Assembly: GCA_964510885.1 (NCBI GenBank)
Contig: CAZEDL010000004.1
Location: 3,182-67,181 of the forward strand
Reading direction: 5' to 3'
DNA length: 64,000 bases
DNA from: an uncultured Gammaproteobacteria bacterium
GTDB taxonomy: Bacteria; Patescibacteriota; Patescibacteriia; Magasanikbacterales; GWA2-37-8
This document shows positions 9,090 through 17,925 of this stretch, piece after piece. Below the pieces are notes generated by a model. The model was not told the origin of the DNA. It did no database searches and saw only the letters and a list, made by a program, of their open reading frames with translations. Numbering within the stretch: position 1 is the first letter of the stretch; each line of letters starts with the position of its first letter. Both the position numbers and the translations under genes were made by a program.

Positions 9090-9536
9090 TTAAGGCAGAA
9101 CCTTAAACTGAAAACCAGGCAACAACGAACTCGGGCCCGTGGGTTTTGTCACATAGTTGCTGTACACAAGCCCATTGAAAACAAATACCGTTATACCATA
9201 AGACATCAGTACAATGGCGAGGCCGATAATAGAATTACGGATGATCATTTTGGCCTTGATGATCGGTTCTTCTTCGCCAGCCGACGTGACCCATAAATAT
9301 CCAGCATACACTATTAAAGCCAAAAATACCGTCCCCAGCATCCCAAGCGCCGCCACAATTATTTTGGCAGCCACGAGTCGCGGATCAGAATTGCCAAGAC
9401 CGCTCGGAGCGCCAGCTGCGCCAAGCTGAGCATTAATATCGGAGCTAAGGCTGGTTTGAGAATGAACCACAGTTAGTGGGGCGCCAGCCAAAAGAATCGC
9501 TATACCCATCACTACCGCAAAAAGGTGTCTTTTCAT
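9090..9536 (-). CDS. VirB2/TrbC-like pilin
   Basis: YAGYLWVTSAGEEEPIIKAKMIIRNSIIGL; start moved to ATG 9536. Confidence 0.85.
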   Translation of the reverse strand: MKRHLFAVVMGIAILLAGAPLTVVHSQTSLSSDINAQLGAAGAPSGLGNSDPRLVAAKIIVAALGMLGTVFLALIVYAGYLWVTSAGEEEPIIKAKMIIRNSIIGLAIVLMSYGITVFVFNGLVYSNYVTKPTGPSSLLPGFQFKVLP

Positions 9537-9562
9537 AAAAAAATAATTATGGCGCTGGCACG

Positions 9563-10114
9563 TCAAATATCTTTCAAACACACATCAGAAGGATTCGCGC
9601 AGGATCCCGGAACCAACGGCTTCTCTTTCGATGGTTCTGTGCCAGCCGCATAACATCTCCCTCCATTATTCTCGCAGCTCACTACCGGGGCATTGTTGCT
9701 AGCCGATCCTCCCACCTGATTAGCTCCGGTAGCAGACGTAATGCGATCAACCACAAAAATAGTAATGGCGTACGCTGCCATGGTGATAGCCAGCCCTATC
9801 AGAGCGGATCGAATAATATTCTTACCAGCATCAATTTCTCCTTCATCACCGCGAGAATTCATCCAACGGATACCTCCATACACGGTGAGAGCCAAAAATA
9901 AGGTACCTGACAAAGATAGTAAGGCTCGGATAATTTTACCAATCGTGGTCGACAAAGCCGTTTCACCGTTCGTGGTATCGTACCCAGCTCCAGCGCCAAT
10001 CTTTTGTGCAAGCCCTCCTGCTTCAAACCCAATATTTGGGGCTGCTGAGGCAAAATTTATCGAACCGGTCAACAGGCAAAGTATAGCAACGAAAGAATAA
10101 ATAAATTTTTTCAT
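9563..10114 (-). CDS. VirB2/TrbC-like pilin with C-terminal 4-Cys tail
   Basis: YGGIRWMNSRGDEGEIDAGKNIIRSALIGL. Confidence 0.85.
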   Translation of the reverse strand: MKKFIYSFVAILCLLTGSINFASAAPNIGFEAGGLAQKIGAGAGYDTTNGETALSTTIGKIIRALLSLSGTLFLALTVYGGIRWMNSRGDEGEIDAGKNIIRSALIGLAITMAAYAITIFVVDRITSATGANQVGGSASNNAPVVSCENNGGRCYAAGTEPSKEKPLVPGSCANPSDVCLKDI

Positions 10115-10124
10115 ATAATTTTAG

Positions 10125-10646
10125 TTATCTAACCGGCCCAGCACAGCATACAGTCGCCCCATCTGAGCGATCGGTACAGGAGCCGAGCGATATGGTTGAA
10201 TCTGAGCAATTTTGCGAACAGACCCCGCTATAATTTTGACATTGGGCTTCAGTTGTAATTGAAGCCTTCTCTGCCTCACCAGATCCTCCTGCGCTAAGTC
10301 GGCTGCCCACAAATGCCGTAATGGCATACGCCGACATTACGATCACGAGCCCAATTATCGCTGCCTTGATAATCTCTTTACCTTTCTCAATCTCACCCTC
10401 GTCACCGCGCGCGAGCATCCAGCGAATGCCACCATAAATAGTAAGCAGTAAAAAAATCGTACCGACCAACGATAATGCGGCAGTTACGATCGTCGCCACG
10501 GCAGGCGTCAATTCGCGCTGGAGCCCTGCCCGGCTACTCGGGCCAACCGCGCTATCAAGCTGATTTAAACCATTCTTGAACTGAGCCTGGGCAGACACTG
10601 GCACCAAAAGCATGATTGACAGCATTGCCCAAAAATATTTCTTCAT
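10125..10646 (-). CDS. VirB2/TrbC-like pilin with C-terminal 6-Cys tail
   Basis: YGGIRWMLARGDEGEIEKGKEIIKAAIIGL; CQNYSGVC...VCC tail. Confidence 0.85.
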   Translation of the reverse strand: MKKYFWAMLSIMLLVPVSAQAQFKNGLNQLDSAVGPSSRAGLQRELTPAVATIVTAALSLVGTIFLLLTIYGGIRWMLARGDEGEIEKGKEIIKAAIIGLVIVMSAYAITAFVGSRLSAGGSGEAEKASITTEAQCQNYSGVCSQNCSDSTISLGSCTDRSDGATVCCAGPVR

Positions 10647-10668
10647 AGCCCTTTATTATTTGTCGTAA

Positions 10669-11100
10669 TTAAATACTAATCGTTTCAGGACCTGTAGGTT
10701 GAGTCACGGTATCGGTAGTAGTTGCCCCTAACCTATCAAACACAAACCGCGAAATCGCGTACGACGCCATCACTATCACAAGCCCAATCAAGGCAGCCTC
10801 CATGATATCTTTGGCTTTAGTGACAGCATCTGAATTGCCGCGAGCGAGCATCCAAGTGATCCCGGCATAAAAAATCAGAATAAAAAAGATTATTGCAAGC
10901 AGGCTTAAGAGTGCGGCCACTACTTTACCAATCAGCTGTGGCACATTGCCGGCCCCAGCTAACGTTTTTGGCACTAAACCACCCGTGGCTTTTTGAGTAT
11001 CGCCGAGGCCATATTTATCGCCATTGTCTGCCTGCACCATCGCCACCGAGACAAAGAGGGTAGCAAATAAAAATACCCCTGCCAAAAATATGCGTTGCAT
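10669..11100 (-). CDS. VirB2/TrbC-like pilin
   Basis: YAGITWMLARGNSDAVTKAKDIMEAALIGL. Confidence 0.85.
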   Translation of the reverse strand: MQRIFLAGVFLFATLFVSVAMVQADNGDKYGLGDTQKATGGLVPKTLAGAGNVPQLIGKVVAALLSLLAIIFFILIFYAGITWMLARGNSDAVTKAKDIMEAALIGLVIVMASYAISRFVFDRLGATTTDTVTQPTGPETISI

Positions 11101-11196
11101 AAGTCTTAATCACTAAAAAACTAGTAGGCAACTAATTATTGAAAGAGAGAAATAGTTAAAATAATTATTTTTCTCTACCAACAAAAGTACCGCGAA

Positions 11197-11219
11197 GGGG
11201 AGAGTTGAAACTCTCCCCC
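11197..11219 (-). terminator. hairpin downstream of the putative major pilin
   Basis: GGGGAGAG-TTGAAA-CTCTCCCC inverted repeat. Confidence 0.5.
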
Positions 11220-11233
11220 ACGATACGTATACA

Positions 11234-11668
11234 CTAGACAGGTTGAGTCGTAGCGCTTACCAAGCTGCTTACCACAAAGTTGGCAATAGCGTATGCTGAC
11301 AAAATAATCGCCAAACCAATGATACCGCTGAAAATCATTTTCTTAGCTTCACCAACTTTATCATCATTTCCACCCGCGGTCATCCAGGTAAAACCACCAA
11401 TCAAAATGATTACAACTGCGACGATACCAAGGAGACCCATGAGCACCTTGATAATGCGAGCAATAGTGATACGGATGTCAGTACTGGTGAGGCCGGTGTT
11501 GGCTCCGTATTGGATACCCAAGTCACTTTCGTTAATTGGCTTTACTGGGCCGCTGATGCCTGGCACCTGGTCGCCACCCTGGGCGAACGTCGCCACTGGC
11601 ACCGCCATACTGCCGATCATCATAGCTCCCATCGCGAAGCTGACTAAGAACTGTTTGAATCGTGTCAT
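11234..11668 (-). CDS. VirB2/TrbC-like pilin, probable major pilin
   Basis: GGFTWMTAGGNDDKVGEAKKMIFSGIIGL; strong GGAGGTG SD before ATG 11668; own extended -10 promoter. Confidence 0.9.
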   Translation of the reverse strand: MTRFKQFLVSFAMGAMMIGSMAVPVATFAQGGDQVPGISGPVKPINESDLGIQYGANTGLTSTDIRITIARIIKVLMGLLGIVAVVIILIGGFTWMTAGGNDDKVGEAKKMIFSGIIGLAIILSAYAIANFVVSSLVSATTQPV

Positions 11669-11739
11669 ATCTTCACCTCCTTCCCAGTAGAAACAAATTG
11701 TTTCATATGTGATGTTACAAAATAAACTGATCTGACCCC

Positions 11740-11769
11740 AGTATAACATACTGGCGCGAAACTTGTCAC
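11740..11769 (-). promoter_or_regulatory. sigma70-type promoter of the putative major pilin
   Basis: GTGACA-18 nt-TATACT with an extended TG (TGTTATACT). Confidence 0.55.
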
Positions 11770-12206
11770 GAACCTTTGCTGAGAAAAACCAAATACTGAT
11801 CGAGCAAGAAATAACTAGCCAAAACTAGACCTAAGCCAATGGCTGCCCAGAGCATAGTCATAGCACCGCTGTGGACACGGTCGGGATTACCAAACGACAA
11901 TAACCACGAAGCCCCCCCTTTAATAAATACGATAAGGGCCACCGACCCAACAATTCCGAGCGCACCCTTTATGACGATGCCGAGGATAGTAGTCACTTCA
12001 ACCGGTCTCGCCCCATTTGCGCCTGGCGCCAATGGATTTTCTAAACATTGACGGTCTTTAGGGCAATCCTTATTTGCACCTGGTGTCTCGTCGCTAGTTT
12101 GAGCAAACACCGGGGCGGCCAACAAACCAACAGCAAGTGTTGCTAACAGCACCAAGAGCATCCATCGTCTAGAAAACTGCTGTGCCAGAGAAATCATATT
12201 AAACAA
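11766..12206 (-). CDS. VirB2/TrbC-like pilin
   Basis: LENPL motif; GGASWLLSFGNPDRVHSGAMTMLWAAIGL. Confidence 0.8.
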   Translation of the reverse strand: MFNMISLAQQFSRRWMLLVLLATLAVGLLAAPVFAQTSDETPGANKDCPKDRQCLENPLAPGANGARPVEVTTILGIVIKGALGIVGSVALIVFIKGGASWLLSFGNPDRVHSGAMTMLWAAIGLGLVLASYFLLDQYLVFLSKGS

Positions 12207-12222
12207 CTGATAAAGATAAAAA

Positions 12223-13305
12223 TTATGACGCGCCGGTCAGCAATTGAAACACAAATCCAACTAGTACATAGCTCGCTAAAATAGCCACCACCCCAAGACT
12301 CGTCCATACCACCATTCTCTGGGCCTGCTCCACGCGCTCAGAATTTCCAGCCGCAGTCATCCAGAGCACACCGGCAACAATATATAATACCAGCGTAACA
12401 CCTCCGAGAATGGCCAGCGGCACCGAAATCAACCACCCAATCAAAGCCGCCCCTAGTTTCGAAGAATTACTATACGAATTAAACCGGCTCATCTGATTAA
12501 GCTCGGCCACTTGGTCCTGAATATCTTTCAGTGAACCGGGAGCATCTTCATCCTCACCCTCTGCCGCAGTTTTTTCCGGCGCCGGGAGCTTGCTAAAATC
12601 CATCAATGCGTCACAATCACTAATTATTTTGCCGCCTTCTTCACGGTCTTTCACGTCATACGCCTTGAGCCCTTCGCCGCAAATGCGCAGAGCTGGATCT
12701 TTTTGATTACCATTAAAGCCTTTAACAAATTCCGAATTATAGCGGCGGCGCCAATCTACATGGCGTTCGCAATCAGAGGGTACACCATTAGGTTTATCCG
12801 ATGGTTTACAGCAGCAAAACGGCGGATTATTAGCTACAGCCGGCTTCATCGTGTACTTACTTTTCATCTCTTCAAGCAAATCATCTTCTTGTTTTTGCAC
12901 GACCCCTTCATATTTTTCTTTGGCAATTTTTTTGGATTCGACCGTACAGGTTTTCCCATCATAATTCAGAACCATTTTACCCCCCAAATAAAATAACCGA
13001 TTTGGATATTCATCAAAACGATAAAAACCTGCCCACGAGAACAGCGGGATATCGAACTTTTTTTTATAAACGTCAATTTTATACGTTTTGTTAACTTTAA
13101 AAAAACCCGGATTAATGCCGACCATTACTGTACAAACACCAAGACACTCCAGCGACTCAGGATCATTGCAGGCATCACCCATGCCAACCAACTCAGGGGC
13201 ATACAATTCTTCAAACTGCGCCGCTGAAGCCGCGACAGGAAGCAGCTGAATAGTAGCCGCAATAAGCATCAAAGCAATAGCGTGCCAGTTAAAAAATCTT
13301 CGCAT
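12223..13305 (-). CDS. pilin-domain protein with a large N-terminal Cys-containing extracellular domain
   Basis: C-terminal AGVLWMTAAGNSERVEQAQRMVVWTSLG; start moved to ATG 13305. Confidence 0.8.
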   Translation of the reverse strand: MRRFFNWHAIALMLIAATIQLLPVAASAAQFEELYAPELVGMGDACNDPESLECLGVCTVMVGINPGFFKVNKTYKIDVYKKKFDIPLFSWAGFYRFDEYPNRLFYLGGKMVLNYDGKTCTVESKKIAKEKYEGVVQKQEDDLLEEMKSKYTMKPAVANNPPFCCCKPSDKPNGVPSDCERHVDWRRRYNSEFVKGFNGNQKDPALRICGEGLKAYDVKDREEGGKIISDCDALMDFSKLPAPEKTAAEGEDEDAPGSLKDIQDQVAELNQMSRFNSYSNSSKLGAALIGWLISVPLAILGGVTLVLYIVAGVLWMTAAGNSERVEQAQRMVVWTSLGVVAILASYVLVGFVFQLLTGAS

Positions 13306-13324
13306 AACACTAAATAAAAGCCAT

Positions 13325-14035
13325 TTATTTAAGGATAAACTCAGGATCAACACCAACAGCCGAGGCCAAAAACTTAATCAAAATATAACCACCAAACGCA
13401 ATCAATAGCCCAATCACCACCGCTACCAAAATATCTTTGGCCTGGGAAATTTTTTCTTCATTGCCTTGGGATAAAATCAATATAAAACCACCATACACAA
13501 ACATCACGAGCGATACTCCACCAATAATAGAAAATAAATACTGCGTAATTTTAATAGCCAGCGTAATAAAAATATTAACACTGCGACACTGGTCAGTTAA
13601 CTCATTTTGTAAAGCACAATCCGGAATTAATCGGCTGCGGATAATTGTCGATGGCTGACTAGCGCCCCCCTCAGCACCCTCGGTAGTGCCAAGCAACTCT
13701 TTAAGACGAGTGGTTTTTTCCTGCTCCCAACCTTTCAGCGCTGCCTGACAAATATCATCGGTCTGTGCATAGTTACAATCAAAAAATCGCTTACTAGTGG
13801 CGGTGTTGGAATTTTTTTCCTTCGTACAGTCGCTCTGAGCGGCCACCGTCGAACACTGAGCAATAAACTGAGCCTGGTCTTTCACCGTTTCAGCCGTCAA
13901 TTTAGTCAAATTTTCAAAACAAAAACAGCTGCCAGCTGCTACTGCCGCTGGAGCTGGGAAAAACAAACCACCGCAGCCAGCAGCAAATAATAATCCGAAT
14001 ATAAAGAGGCGAATCTGTGAAGCCATAGTCTTCAT
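13325..14035 (-). CDS. pilin-domain protein with N-terminal Cys-rich domain
   Basis: YGGFILILSQGNEEKISQAKDILVAVVIGL; CFC and other Cys residues in the N-terminal part. Confidence 0.8.
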   Translation of the reverse strand: MKTMASQIRLFIFGLLFAAGCGGLFFPAPAAVAAGSCFCFENLTKLTAETVKDQAQFIAQCSTVAAQSDCTKEKNSNTATSKRFFDCNYAQTDDICQAALKGWEQEKTTRLKELLGTTEGAEGGASQPSTIIRSRLIPDCALQNELTDQCRSVNIFITLAIKITQYLFSIIGGVSLVMFVYGGFILILSQGNEEKISQAKDILVAVVIGLLIAFGGYILIKFLASAVGVDPEFILK

Positions 14036-15435
14036 AAGGTTTGCTGAATTTTAGCGGCCGCCCGATTTAAAATATCTTGACGCCACTCAAGTAGTCGATT
14101 GGGATCAGGTGGCGCTTGCAGCCATTCATGAATCATATCACGAATAGCCCGGCTAGCGGAATCATAATTTTGCCCGCGGTACCAATTATCAGCGATCAAA
14201 AGCTGACCGACAAATGGCGCCAAATCTGGATCTTCAGATTGTTTTTTAATATTAGACCTGAGTGCCGTCGGGCGCTTTGTTTCAGTGAGATAGGTTTCAG
14301 TCGCGCTCGAATGAGTCAAATAATTAATGAATGCCCACGCCGCCGACTGTTTTGTCGATTTAAGCGTCACCGCATCTACATAATAGTTGGCCACATTCAC
14401 CGGGCGGGCCGGATCGAGCTGTAACAAGGGCAAAACCCCTACATTTAATTGTGGGGCGCGCGCCCTGATGACCGGCAAATGATAGCTGTACCCAAAGAAA
14501 AAAGCCGCCGACCCGCTCGTAAACGCATCAAGAGCAGGGCCCATTGACTCATTCCACGTATAGGTGTCACGGGTCGGATTGGCAAAATCAGTATAAAAAT
14601 TCATTACCGTCATAGCCGGAGTTTCTTCACCATTCCGGTTGGCAGTAAGATTAAAAATTGGCTGATTGCCAGTTTTCGATATAAAGCTAACACCGCTCTG
14701 TTCGAACAACAAGTAAATCAAATCGTCGCTTGCGGTAATGTTATTTCCGGTGCCAAAAGCCGCTCCGGCCTGGGTGATTTTGTTGGCGTCTTTGTCGTAC
14801 TTAGAGATTTTTTTTACCGCCGCCTGGAATTCTTCCCATGTTTTTGGTGGCTCCGCCACTCCCGCCCGATCCAGCAAATCCTTATTATAATACAAAGCCA
14901 TGGTATCAAGAGATAGTGGCAGGCCGTACACTTTTCCATCCATCACCACATCTTTCTTAACTGTCTGCACATATTCCCGGTCAACCTGGAGGGCATTAGG
15001 CAGCGGCCGGGCTACAGTCGTAATCGTAGTTTTAGATCCAATCGTTCCTTCGGTAGTCACCATCGTCGTATCCGGAACGCTCTCTGGCATCGGGGCCAGC
15101 TTCGTTTTAAGTGCACGCATGCTGCGGTTAGACACCGACACAATATCCGGCCCACGATCTTCGGCCAACGCCTCTAAGAGGCGTGGATAAAACTCATCCG
15201 CGCGCAATTGGCGCAAATTGACGGTTATATACGGGCGGTTAGACCGGTAAGTAGCGATCATCTTCTGCAAGGCATCGACATCATCAAATACGGTCCAATA
15301 CTCAAGCGTTATCGGTTTGGTGGCCGCTTGTTCAGTCCCAGACAGGCCTTTACAGCCAAAACCTGTCAACAATAAACAAAAAAATATCGAGCCAAATAAA
15401 ATACGCGCGCGACTAAGCTGCTTTTTCGATACCAT
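14032..15435 (-). CDS. extracellular solute-binding lipoprotein (sugar-binding family 1)
   Basis: lipobox-like LTGFGC, GPDIV, YGLPLSLDTMALYYNKDLL, PPKTWEEF. Confidence 0.9.
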   Translation of the reverse strand: MVSKKQLSRARILFGSIFFCLLLTGFGCKGLSGTEQAATKPITLEYWTVFDDVDALQKMIATYRSNRPYITVNLRQLRADEFYPRLLEALAEDRGPDIVSVSNRSMRALKTKLAPMPESVPDTTMVTTEGTIGSKTTITTVARPLPNALQVDREYVQTVKKDVVMDGKVYGLPLSLDTMALYYNKDLLDRAGVAEPPKTWEEFQAAVKKISKYDKDANKITQAGAAFGTGNNITASDDLIYLLFEQSGVSFISKTGNQPIFNLTANRNGEETPAMTVMNFYTDFANPTRDTYTWNESMGPALDAFTSGSAAFFFGYSYHLPVIRARAPQLNVGVLPLLQLDPARPVNVANYYVDAVTLKSTKQSAAWAFINYLTHSSATETYLTETKRPTALRSNIKKQSEDPDLAPFVGQLLIADNWYRGQNYDSASRAIRDMIHEWLQAPPDPNRLLEWRQDILNRAAAKIQQTL

Positions 15436-15501
15436 AGGTTTAAATGTCTAAACCCAAATAACGAATGCCGAACAAAATTCCTAAATCTAAATTATCAAAA
15501 G

Positions 15502-15528
15502 GTCATTCGGAATTCGGATTTCGTCATT
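15502..15528. repeat. 27-bp direct repeat (left copy) flanking galU
   Basis: GTCATTCGGAATTCGGATTTCGTCATT matches 16526-16552 with one mismatch. Confidence 0.75.
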
Positions 15529-15532
15529 CAAA

Positions 15533-16396
15533 TTATACCACACTCTTCAAATACTTCCTAAACTCGTCCTTCAAAGCCGGATCTTTAAGCGCAAAGTCAA
15601 CATTGGCACGCAGCCAGCCAATTTTAGAACCTGTGTCATAATAAATCGCGTCGTTAACTTCGCACGTATACACCGGGCGACGCTTCATCAGCGATTTTAT
15701 CGCATCTACCAGCCAAATTTCTCCTCCTTTGCCAGGTTTTAGCTTCTCTAAATCACCAAAAATATCCGGGGTCAGGACATAACAACCATGGGTTGCCAAA
15801 TTTGACGGAGCTTCACTTGGTTCGGGCTTCTCGACCAACGAAAAAATTTGGAAAATATTCTTTTCAATCTGTTTCACATCAGCAATCCCATATTTCGACA
15901 CCTCACTTTTCGGTACCCGGATCCCCGAAATCACGGGATCGCCATATTTTTCAAAGACTTCCAAGCATTGTTTGGTGCGTGGCGGATTCGAATAAATAAA
16001 TTCATCGCCCCAAATCACCACAAACGGCTCATCCCCCACCACGTCTTTGGCCGATAACACGGGCGTGCCATTTCCATACGGCCCCTTCTGGCGGATATAA
16101 ATAAAATTGGCCATCTCGGCAATCTCTTGAATCTGCTTACGTTGGCTGTCTTTTCCCTGTTTTTTCAGCCAATTCTCCATTTCGTAATTATAGTCAAAAT
16201 GATCCTCCACGGCCCTTTTACTGGCACCAGTGACCAAAATAATATCGGTGATACCTGATGCCACCAATTCCTCCACCACATACTGTATAATGGGCTTGTC
16301 AACAATCGGCAACATTTCTTTCGGTTGGGCTTTGGTGGCAGGTAAAAACCGCGTCCCAAACCCGGCCACCGGAATAACCGCTTTTCTAATTTTCAT
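15533..16396 (-). CDS. galU: UTP--glucose-1-phosphate uridylyltransferase
   Basis: KAVIPVAGFGTRFLPATKAQPKEMLPIVDKP, VEKP; start moved to ATG 16396. Confidence 0.96.
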   Translation of the reverse strand: MKIRKAVIPVAGFGTRFLPATKAQPKEMLPIVDKPIIQYVVEELVASGITDIILVTGASKRAVEDHFDYNYEMENWLKKQGKDSQRKQIQEIAEMANFIYIRQKGPYGNGTPVLSAKDVVGDEPFVVIWGDEFIYSNPPRTKQCLEVFEKYGDPVISGIRVPKSEVSKYGIADVKQIEKNIFQIFSLVEKPEPSEAPSNLATHGCYVLTPDIFGDLEKLKPGKGGEIWLVDAIKSLMKRRPVYTCEVNDAIYYDTGSKIGWLRANVDFALKDPALKDEFRKYLKSVV

Positions 16397-16458
16397 ACAT
16401 ATTTTCTTTAAAAACAGGTAGCTGGAGTATACCAAATAGGCTTAAAAAGTCTACGATT

Positions 16459-16552
16459 AATGACGAAATCAGAATTACGAATGCTAAATCTATTATTCAT
16501 GCCGAAACTTTCAGAAAAACAATTCGTCATTCGAAATTCGGATTTCGTCATT
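16459..16552. repeat. heptamer-periodic inverted-repeat element containing the right copy of the galU-flanking repeat
   Basis: AATGACGAAATCAGAATTACGAATG ... CATTCGAAATTCGGATTTCGTCATT. Confidence 0.7.
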
Positions 16553-16773
16553 TTCACCGCACCTCCTCCCAACTGAGTATCGTGTAATCCCCGCCAACCG
16601 GGAATCCCGGCGGGGGGGCACAGGTCAGATTAGCATCATACGTAAGGGTAGTATTTTTATACCCGGAATCGATAAATCCATTAAAGTATACCATAATAGA
16701 GCCAAGACAGACAGAAACAAACTCGACTTTTCAAACAACCTAGTAAATGCTAAAGTGGGGCCAATCATAGCTT

Positions 16774-17811
16774 ATGAACGATACATATAAACGACCTAAC
16801 TGGCTGGCCAGTCAGGAATCACACCCAGGTATATTTCATGCCACTCGAAATTTAGAAGAGTGCCAACACAAATTATCTGATCACGAGATTGTGTTGCCAC
16901 AGATATTCAGCGAACGACTCACCATCATGGAAACCCGCGAGAAACGTCACAGTGAATATGCCTACGAGAGCTTTGACTCCGCCACTCTTATTATTGAAGA
17001 ACTAAGGACTAATCCTGAATTCTTTTCCTCCGCGTTCCCACAACTGACCGAAGCTGAAAAAAATGCTTTTTTAATAGCCAGCTTAGCCAGCGATGTTGGC
17101 AAAACCGGATCTATCGATACATCACCCGAAGACAAAGAAAGGATTACTGAAATTTATAATCTTGATAGCGTACCGCGAGAATATTTGGCCCTGCCCGCAG
17201 CCACCGCTATCGATCGCATAAAAGCCACGGCCGCTGCCGAAAGCGCCAACGGCAAAACTCCCAAAAATAATTTAAGTGGGCAAGCAGCTGACTACCTGCC
17301 TATTTTCTGCCGACCAGCCAAACCAGGCTACGCCCCGCTTGACGCGGATACTATCACCCTCCGACAAGTATTTGATCGTCATATTTACTGGACCCATGAT
17401 TTATTTTCAATCGCCTATGGCGACTCTCATCCGGCCACGGTCAGCGCCTCGGCCCATCATTTTTTAGAAGGCGAAAATCCGACCAGCCTTGATTTATTAC
17501 AGCACAATCCAGCCGATGGTGTGGCCATGATCGCCAAGCTCACTATCCTGCTTGATAAAACCAATGCCCACATGCGCCGTGGTAAAAAAATCCTAAAACG
17601 AGCCTTTGAAGATGCGCTTAAAGAAATAAACACAAAAATTAGCACTATCACCACCGCCAAAGCTGAGGCTGACCCAGCCCATACCGCGGCCTATCGTGAC
17701 CAGGGAGCCCGTCTATACAGCGACTTTAACGCTTTGGCCGAAAAAATATACCCACTCGAAGAAGCTCGGCTACGTGAAGCACCGCGACCGACTCCCGAGG
17801 TTGCCGACTAA
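16774..17811 (+). CDS. hypothetical protein, degenerate HD-domain-like
   Basis: H...SDVGK...H...HH...D spacing of HD phosphohydrolases, with the HD changed to SD. Confidence 0.6.
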   Translation: MNDTYKRPNWLASQESHPGIFHATRNLEECQHKLSDHEIVLPQIFSERLTIMETREKRHSEYAYESFDSATLIIEELRTNPEFFSSAFPQLTEAEKNAFLIASLASDVGKTGSIDTSPEDKERITEIYNLDSVPREYLALPAATAIDRIKATAAAESANGKTPKNNLSGQAADYLPIFCRPAKPGYAPLDADTITLRQVFDRHIYWTHDLFSIAYGDSHPATVSASAHHFLEGENPTSLDLLQHNPADGVAMIAKLTILLDKTNAHMRRGKKILKRAFEDALKEINTKISTITTAKAEADPAHTAAYRDQGARLYSDFNALAEKIYPLEEARLREAPRPTPEVAD

Positions 17812-17842
17812 TTCCTTTTATGATACGATCAGGACCACTTTT

Positions 17843-17924
17843 GCCCAGGTGGTGAAATTGGTAGACACTCAGGACTTAAAATCCTGCGGCTTCGGCCATG
17901 CGGGTTCGATTCCCGCCCTGGGCA
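17843..17924 (+). tRNA. tRNA-Leu(TAA)
   Basis: GCCCAGG/CCTGGGC acceptor, CAGGA-CT-TAA-AA-TCCTG anticodon arm, long variable arm. Confidence 0.95.
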
Positions 17925-17925
17925 C

